Positions 58,602 to 64,000 of a stretch of 64,000 nt of DNA are shown here, one piece after another. The position numbers and the translations under genes were made by a program. The first letter of the stretch is position 1. The number at the start of each line of letters is the position of its first letter. The stretch covers positions 299,303 to 363,302 of the forward strand of contig CBDCRI010000001.1 of assembly GCA_965220965.1 (NCBI GenBank). The letters are read 5' to 3'. Under the pieces are notes generated by a model, which was given only the letters and a program-made list of their open reading frames with translations, was not told the DNA's origin and did not search any database. The DNA is from Candidatus Marinacidobacterium sp. (GTDB taxonomy: Bacteria; Acidobacteriota; Vicinamibacteria; Marinacidobacterales; Marinacidobacteraceae).

Positions 58602-59864
58602 ATGGCGAAAGACCCCATCATCCTGACTCCGGAGGAGGCCCGCCGGGCCATTCTCAACGGCGCGTTCCCCGAGGGCGCCAGCGTAGAGGGCGACCTGTTC
58701 CTCGTGGACCGCATGGAGCTGGCCGAGCTGCCCGACGGCCTGCAGGTGCAGGGGATGCTGCGCGTCGCCCGCTGCCACCGGCTCCGCCGCCTGCCGAGGG
58801 GGCTGAGGGCCGCGTCGGTCTCCATCGAGGACTGCGCCGGGTTCGAGGGCTTCCCGGCCGACTGCCGGTCCTTCGAGGTCGAGATGAGCCTGCACTTCAG
58901 CGGATGCCCGGCGCTGCAGGCCTTCCCCGAGCGCCTTTCCGTCGGCGGCGACTTCGCCCTCACCGACTGCCCCAGGGCCTGGGACGGGGCGGACGGCGGG
59001 ATGCCGGGGCGCCTCTCGGCGGGCGGCTGCGCGTTCATCCTGGCGTGCGACCGCCTGACCGGGCTGCCGGCGGCCACCGCCGTGCGCGAAAAGCTCGAAC
59101 TGGCCGACTGCAACCGCCTGCGGCAGCTGCCTGCGCGGCTGTCAGCGGGCGGGCTGTCCGTGGAGCACTGCGCGTCCTTCGAGGGCTTCCACCCCGACGA
59201 CTGCTCCCGCAAGGGCCGGCAGCCGGCCTTCACCGTGCCGGGCGGCCTCCATTTCCAGGACTGCCCCGCCCTGGAGCGCTTCCCGAAGGCGCTCCACGTG
59301 GGCGGGGCATTCCGCATGGCGCGCTGCGCGCGGGCCTGGGCGGAAGCCGGACCTGGCGCGGGACCGCCGGAGGAGCTGCGCGTCGGCAAGTGGGCCCATT
59401 TGGAGAAATGCGTCGGGCTGGCGCGGCTCCCGAGGCGGATGGAGGTCGGGATGAACCTGGTGCTCCGGCGCTGCCACCTGATCGAGCGCATCGGCGGCGC
59501 GGGCGCAGGCCGCCCGCCCGTGGTGGGCGGCCACTGCACGGTCGATAGGTGCGACGGGCTCAGCGGCGTGGACGCCCTGGCCTTCACGGGGGAGGGTTCG
59601 CTCGACATCACCGAATGCCGGTCCCTGGAGGCCGTCGGGGACGGCGTGCGTCCCGAAAGCGAGATGGCCGTCGCGCAGTGCCCGCGGCTGTCGCGGCTGC
59701 CCCGCCGCCTCGTGCTGGCCGGAGTCCTGACCCTGGCCGACTGCCCGTCGCTTGCGCAGGCGGTGACTGTGGAGGGCGGCGGGCGTCTGGCCACGTCCGG
59801 CTCGACCCCCTGGCAGTCCGGGCTGCCGGCCCCCGGGCGCAGCGCGGGCCCGCCGGCCCCTTGA
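58602..59864 (+). CDS. Cys-rich LRR protein, paralogue 15 (long form)
   Basis: MAKDPIILTPEEARRAILNG; box TTGCTTCAAT at 58555. Confidence 0.85.
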   Translation: MAKDPIILTPEEARRAILNGAFPEGASVEGDLFLVDRMELAELPDGLQVQGMLRVARCHRLRRLPRGLRAASVSIEDCAGFEGFPADCRSFEVEMSLHFSGCPALQAFPERLSVGGDFALTDCPRAWDGADGGMPGRLSAGGCAFILACDRLTGLPAATAVREKLELADCNRLRQLPARLSAGGLSVEHCASFEGFHPDDCSRKGRQPAFTVPGGLHFQDCPALERFPKALHVGGAFRMARCARAWAEAGPGAGPPEELRVGKWAHLEKCVGLARLPRRMEVGMNLVLRRCHLIERIGGAGAGRPPVVGGHCTVDRCDGLSGVDALAFTGEGSLDITECRSLEAVGDGVRPESEMAVAQCPRLSRLPRRLVLAGVLTLADCPSLAQAVTVEGGGRLATSGSTPWQSGLPAPGRSAGPPAP

Positions 59865-59928
59865 GTGCACCCGACGAGACGCGGCCGAGCCGACCGCCCG
59901 GCACCCCAACCACCCAAGGAGAGGTCCC

Positions 59929-61101
59929 ATGTCCAAGAAAAACGCCCGAATGACGGTCGAGGATGCGCGCAAGGCCATCCTGGAGGGCGGCTGCCCGGAG
60001 TTTGCCGAAGTCGACGGCGACCTGTGGCTCCGGGCCGCGCCCTCGCTCGACCGGCTGCCCGTGGGCCTCAAGGTCCGGGGGAGCTTGTGGATCACCGGGT
60101 GCGACCGGCTCGAGCGGCTGCCGCATGGATTGGAGGCGGAGTCCCTCTTCGTCAAGGACTGCGCCGTCCTGGAGGGCTTCGCGGAGCGGCGGCGCTTCCG
60201 CGTGCCGGGGGGCCTGACATTCGAGGACTGCCCGGGCCTGCGCACCTTCCCGAAGCGCCTGGAGGTCGGCGGAGACCTGGGGATTGAGGGCTGCCCGCAG
60301 GCGTGGTCCGCCACCGGGCGCGCGCCGAAAAGCCTCGACGTCAGCGGCAGGGCCCACATTGGCCGGTGCGCCGGCCTGGCGCGGCTGCCGGCGGACACGG
60401 CGGTCTGGAGTGCTCTTTCTGTGTTCGGGTGCGACCGCCTCCTGCGGCTGCCGGAGCGGCTGTCGGTCGGGTCGCTGCACATCGTGGACTGCGCCGCCTT
60501 GCGGGGGTTCCACCCCGGCTACCAGGCCCGCGGCTTCCAGGTCCGCGGGGCGCTCTCCTTCGACGGCTGCCCCGCCCTGTCGGACTTTCCCGCCTGGCTG
60601 TCGGCGGGCTGGACGTTCACCATGCAGCGCTGCGAGCGGGCGTTTGGGCCGCCGGACCCGGCGCGCGGCAGCCACCCTCCGAAGGGCCTTTATGTGGGCC
60701 GATGCGCCACGATCAGGCTGTGCCCGTCGATGTCCCGGCTGCCGCAACGGGTGGAGGTCGGCACGACGCTGCGCATCGCGGAGTGCGATGGCCTGACTGG
60801 CGTTGGGGGCGGCGGGAAGGCCGAAGCCCCGGAGGTGGGCCATGGCTGCACGCTGCTTGGGTGCGCAGGCCTGCAACGCGTGGACGGCATCGCGTTCAGG
60901 AGCCCAGCCTGGCTGGAGGTCAAGCGCTGCCCTGAGCTGCAAGCCATCGGGGACGGGGTCGGCCCCCTCGACCGGCTGGATGTGGAGGGCTGCCCCGCCC
61001 TTGTTCGGACGCCGGCGGCGGGCGGGGGCGCAAGGGCATTGGCATCGAAGGACCAAGGGTCCGCGCCCGATGCCCGGCGGGCCGGCGCGCCCTCGCCCTA
61101 G
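59929..61101 (+). CDS. Cys-rich LRR protein, paralogue 16 (long form)
   Basis: MSKKNARMTVEDARKAILEGGCP. Confidence 0.85.
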   Translation: MSKKNARMTVEDARKAILEGGCPEFAEVDGDLWLRAAPSLDRLPVGLKVRGSLWITGCDRLERLPHGLEAESLFVKDCAVLEGFAERRRFRVPGGLTFEDCPGLRTFPKRLEVGGDLGIEGCPQAWSATGRAPKSLDVSGRAHIGRCAGLARLPADTAVWSALSVFGCDRLLRLPERLSVGSLHIVDCAALRGFHPGYQARGFQVRGALSFDGCPALSDFPAWLSAGWTFTMQRCERAFGPPDPARGSHPPKGLYVGRCATIRLCPSMSRLPQRVEVGTTLRIAECDGLTGVGGGGKAEAPEVGHGCTLLGCAGLQRVDGIAFRSPAWLEVKRCPELQAIGDGVGPLDRLDVEGCPALVRTPAAGGGARALASKDQGSAPDARRAGAPSP

Positions 61102-61172
61102 GCGCCGCCCGGGCGCGCTTGCGTTAACGTGATCCAAGCACCGCCCCAAGGCGGGATGGGGAAGGAGGCAAC

Positions 61173-62477
61173 ATGGCGAAGGGAAGCACCGAAGTGACGG
61201 CCGGCGAGGCGCGCAATGCCATCCACGAGGGGCGCTGCCCCGAGGGCGCCGAAGTCTGGGGCGACTTGGACCTTTTGGACGCGTCCTGGCTTGTCCGGCT
61301 GCCCAAGGGCCTCAAGGTCAAGGGGAGTTTGAGGATCACCGGGTGCCACCGGCTCGAGTGGCTGCCGGAGGGCCTGGAGGCGGACTGCCTCCAGGTCTCC
61401 AACTGCGCGTCGCTGCGGGGCTTCGCGGATTGGCGGCGCTTCCGCACGCCGGGCGACCTGACGTTCCTCGGCTGCCCCCTGCTGCACGCCTTCCCGGAGC
61501 GCCTCGAGGTCGGGGGCAACCTGCTGATGCAAGCCTGCCACCGGGCGTGGTCGCGTTGGACGGGCATGCCGGCCTCCCTCGACGTGGCGGGGTTGGCGAC
61601 CTTCGAAGACTGCGCGGGACTGGAGCTGCTGCCGGCGGACACGCGCGTGGGCCGCCGGCTCAAGGCGTCGGGCTGCGACCACCTCCAGCGGCTGCCGGAG
61701 CGGCTGTCGGCAGGGGAGCTGGCCGTCGTGGACTGCGCCGCGTTCGCGGGCTTCCACATGGACATGGACGGCCCGGACCAGGCGTTCCATGTGGACGGCG
61801 ATCTCGACTTCGCCGACTGCTCCGGCCTGAGGGTCTTTCCGATGGAGATATCGGTCGGCGGGGACTTCCGGATGCGGAACTGCCCGCGGGCCTGGCACCG
61901 GGAGCGCGGCACCCACCCGCCGGCCACCCTGCGGGTGCGCGGCTCGGCATTGATCGACGCCTGCTCCGGCCTGACCGCGCTGCCCGAACGGATCGAGGTC
62001 GGCGAGACGCTGAGCCTCTCCGCGTGCCACGGCCTGGAGGCCTTGCGCCTCCCGCCAGAGCCCGGCCGCGGCAGCCTGGAGGTGGGGCGTTGCGTCGACA
62101 TTGACAGCTGCCACGGGCTGCGGCGCATCGACGACATCGGGTTCAGGGACGTCGGCAGGCTGGAGGTCCTCCATTGCGACCTGCTCGAGGCCATCGGCTT
62201 CCCCGCTGGCACCTTGTCCAAGGCGCGGGTCATGGACTGCCCGGCGCTGTCGGAGCTGACCGGCCGGATCTCCCTGGAGGGCGACCTGACCCTGCACGAC
62301 TGCCCGCTGCTCGTCCAGGCGGTCGCGGTCGAAGGGGGCGGGCGCGTGGTCAGGTCGGGCTCCACCCCCGCCCAGCCCGCGGCGCCGGCCCCCCGGCCGC
62401 GGCGGCGCGGCGCCCTCCCCCTGACCCCGGCCGGCGCGCCCGAAGGCGCGCGCCCAGTCCGCCCGCGCTTGCTTTAA
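61173..62477 (+). CDS. Cys-rich LRR protein, paralogue 17 (tail frameshifted)
   Basis: Close to paralogue 18; reads past the homologous ccctccccctga stop at 62422-62424. Confidence 0.85.
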   Translation: MAKGSTEVTAGEARNAIHEGRCPEGAEVWGDLDLLDASWLVRLPKGLKVKGSLRITGCHRLEWLPEGLEADCLQVSNCASLRGFADWRRFRTPGDLTFLGCPLLHAFPERLEVGGNLLMQACHRAWSRWTGMPASLDVAGLATFEDCAGLELLPADTRVGRRLKASGCDHLQRLPERLSAGELAVVDCAAFAGFHMDMDGPDQAFHVDGDLDFADCSGLRVFPMEISVGGDFRMRNCPRAWHRERGTHPPATLRVRGSALIDACSGLTALPERIEVGETLSLSACHGLEALRLPPEPGRGSLEVGRCVDIDSCHGLRRIDDIGFRDVGRLEVLHCDLLEAIGFPAGTLSKARVMDCPALSELTGRISLEGDLTLHDCPLLVQAVAVEGGGRVVRSGSTPAQPAAPAPRPRRRGALPLTPAGAPEGARPVRPRLL

Positions 62478-62507
62478 TCGGGCAACCGAACCCGCACGGA
62501 GGCCGCC

Positions 62508-63755
62508 ATGGCCCGCAAGACCCCCCGAATGACGGCCGGCGAGGCGCGCAATGCCATCCAGGAGGGGCGTTGCCCCGAGGGCGCCGAAGTCTGGGGCGAC
62601 CTGGTCCTTTTTCACGCGTCCTGGCTTGTCCGGCTGCCCAAGGGCCTCAAGGTCAAGGGGAGCTTGTCGATCCACGGGAGCGACCGGCTCGAGCGCCTGC
62701 CGGAGGGCCTGGAGGCGGACTCCCTCGTCGTCTCCAACTGCGCTTCGCTGGCGGGCTTCGCGGAGTCCTGCCGGAGCTTCCGCACGCCGGGCGACCTGAC
62801 GCTCCTCGGCTGCCCCCTGCTGCACGCCTTCCCGGAGCGCCTCGAGGTCGGGGGCGACCTCCGGCTGGAACGCTGCCCGTTGGCGTGGTCGGCTTGGTCG
62901 GGCGTGCCGGCCTCGCTCGACGTAACGGGGGCGGCGACCTTCGAAGACTGCGCGGGACTGGAGCTGCTGCCGGCGGACACGCGCGTGGGCCACTGGTTCA
63001 AGGCAGTGCACTGCGACCGCCTCCTGCGGCTGCCGGAGCGGCTGTCGGCAGGGGCGTTGGCCGTCGAGGACTGCGCCGCGTTCGCGGGCTTCGACATGGA
63101 CTGCCGGGACCGGGCGTTCCATGTCCAGGGCGATGTCGTCTTCAACGACTGCCCCGGCCTGAAGCTCTTTCCGGGGGAGCTGTCGGTTGGCGGGGATTTC
63201 CGGATGCGGCGCTGCGCGCGGGCCTGGCACCGGGAGCGAGGCAGCCACCCGCCGGAAACCCTGCGGGTGCGCGGCTCGGCATCCATCGACGCCTGCGCCG
63301 GCCTGACCGCGCTGCCTGAATGGATCGAGGTCGGCGGGACGCTGAGGCTCTCCGAGTGCCACGGCTTGGAGGCCTTGGGCCTCCCGCCAGCGCCCGGGCG
63401 CGGCAGCCTGGAGGTGGGGCAATGCGTTAACATTGGCAGCTGCCACGGGCTGCGGCGCATCGACGACATCACGTTCAGGGGCGTCGGCTTCCTGTCGGTC
63501 GACCATTGCAACCGGCTCGAGGCCATCAGCGCCCCCGCAGGCACCCTGTACCGGGCCTTCGTTACGCACTGCCTGAGGCTTTCGGAGCTGACCGGCCAGC
63601 TCGCCCTGGAGGACGACCTGACCCTGGACGACTGCCCTCTGCTCCTCCATGAGGTCGCGGTCGAAGGGTGCGGGCGCGTGGTCAGGTCGGGATCCACCCC
63701 CGCGCAGCCCGCGGCACCGGCCCCCAGCCGCGGCGCCAAGGCGCCCTCCCCCTGA
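62508..63755 (+). CDS. Cys-rich LRR protein, paralogue 18
   Basis: Recent duplicate of 17; box TTGCTTTAAT at 62469. Confidence 0.85.
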   Translation: MARKTPRMTAGEARNAIQEGRCPEGAEVWGDLVLFHASWLVRLPKGLKVKGSLSIHGSDRLERLPEGLEADSLVVSNCASLAGFAESCRSFRTPGDLTLLGCPLLHAFPERLEVGGDLRLERCPLAWSAWSGVPASLDVTGAATFEDCAGLELLPADTRVGHWFKAVHCDRLLRLPERLSAGALAVEDCAAFAGFDMDCRDRAFHVQGDVVFNDCPGLKLFPGELSVGGDFRMRRCARAWHRERGSHPPETLRVRGSASIDACAGLTALPEWIEVGGTLRLSECHGLEALGLPPAPGRGSLEVGQCVNIGSCHGLRRIDDITFRGVGFLSVDHCNRLEAISAPAGTLYRAFVTHCLRLSELTGQLALEDDLTLDDCPLLLHEVAVEGCGRVVRSGSTPAQPAAPAPSRGAKAPSP

Positions 63756-63838
63756 CCCCGCCCGGCGCGCCGGAAGGCTCGCGCCCAGTCCGCCCGCGCT
63801 TGCTTTAATCGGGCAACCGAACCCGCAGGGAGGCCGCC

Positions 63839-64000
63839 ATGGCCCGCAAGACCCCCCGAATGACGGCCGCGGAGGCGCACCACGCCATCTTGGACGGCCG
63901 TTGCCCCGAGGGCGCCGAGGTCGACGGCGACCTGCACTTCCACTTCAAGCCGTCGCTGGCGGAGCTGCCCAAGGGCCTCAAGGTCCGGGGCCACTTGGCC
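63839..64000 (+). CDS. Cys-rich LRR protein, paralogue 19 (cut by the window end)
   Basis: MARKTPRMTAAEAHHAILDGRCPEGAEVDGDL; upstream region nearly identical to that of 18. Confidence 0.8.
   Translation, partial: MARKTPRMTAAEAHHAILDGRCPEGAEVDGDLHFHFKPSLAELPKGLKVRGHLA

Noticed and set aside
40076-63994. Very long antisense or alternative-frame ORFs (e.g. 40076-43009, 54682-57963, 61098-63650, 46289-48751)
   Set aside because: Shadow ORFs of high-GC coding sequence: low-complexity R/A/G/P-rich and overlapping clear genes.
40127-64000. A diversity-generating retroelement or integron as the source of LRR diversity
   Set aside because: No reverse transcriptase, adenine-specific template/variable repeat pair, integrase or attC sites seen in the window.

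Overview
GC-rich 64 kb accessory region with no housekeeping, rRNA or tRNA genes recognised. It reads like part of a large mobile element (megaplasmid or ICE-like; inference). From left to right: (1) the 3' part of a RecQ/UvrD-type helicase, then a toxin-antitoxin-rich block with an AbiE-type pair, two PIN-like pairs, two DUF2513 genes, a PDZ-M48 lipoprotein, a zeta-like ATPase pair and a Pol-beta nucleotidyltransferase. (2) A WYL regulator divergent from a complete type I-D CRISPR-Cas operon (cas6-cas10d[+internal cas11d]-cas7-cas5-cas3'-cas4-cas1-cas2) and a ~23-repeat array. (3) A second AbiE-type pair. (4) Four tandem leader+array units with a type I-E-like repeat and no cognate cas genes in the window; several of their spacers are codon-wobble variants of one another. 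(5) Two paralogues with an unrecognised duplicated domain, and a Fic gene. (6) A >24 kb tandem array of ~19 paralogous Cys-rich leucine-rich-repeat (LRR) genes, many with their own TTGCTwnAAT promoter-like box, interrupted by a C5 methyltransferase, a HipA-like kinase, a PIN-like cassette and a HEPN-like gene; the array runs off the window end. Many unrelated proteins across the window end in a basic, Pro-rich tail finishing P-x-P-stop, a candidate C-terminal export tag. All calls come from reading motifs by eye; no database searches were run.
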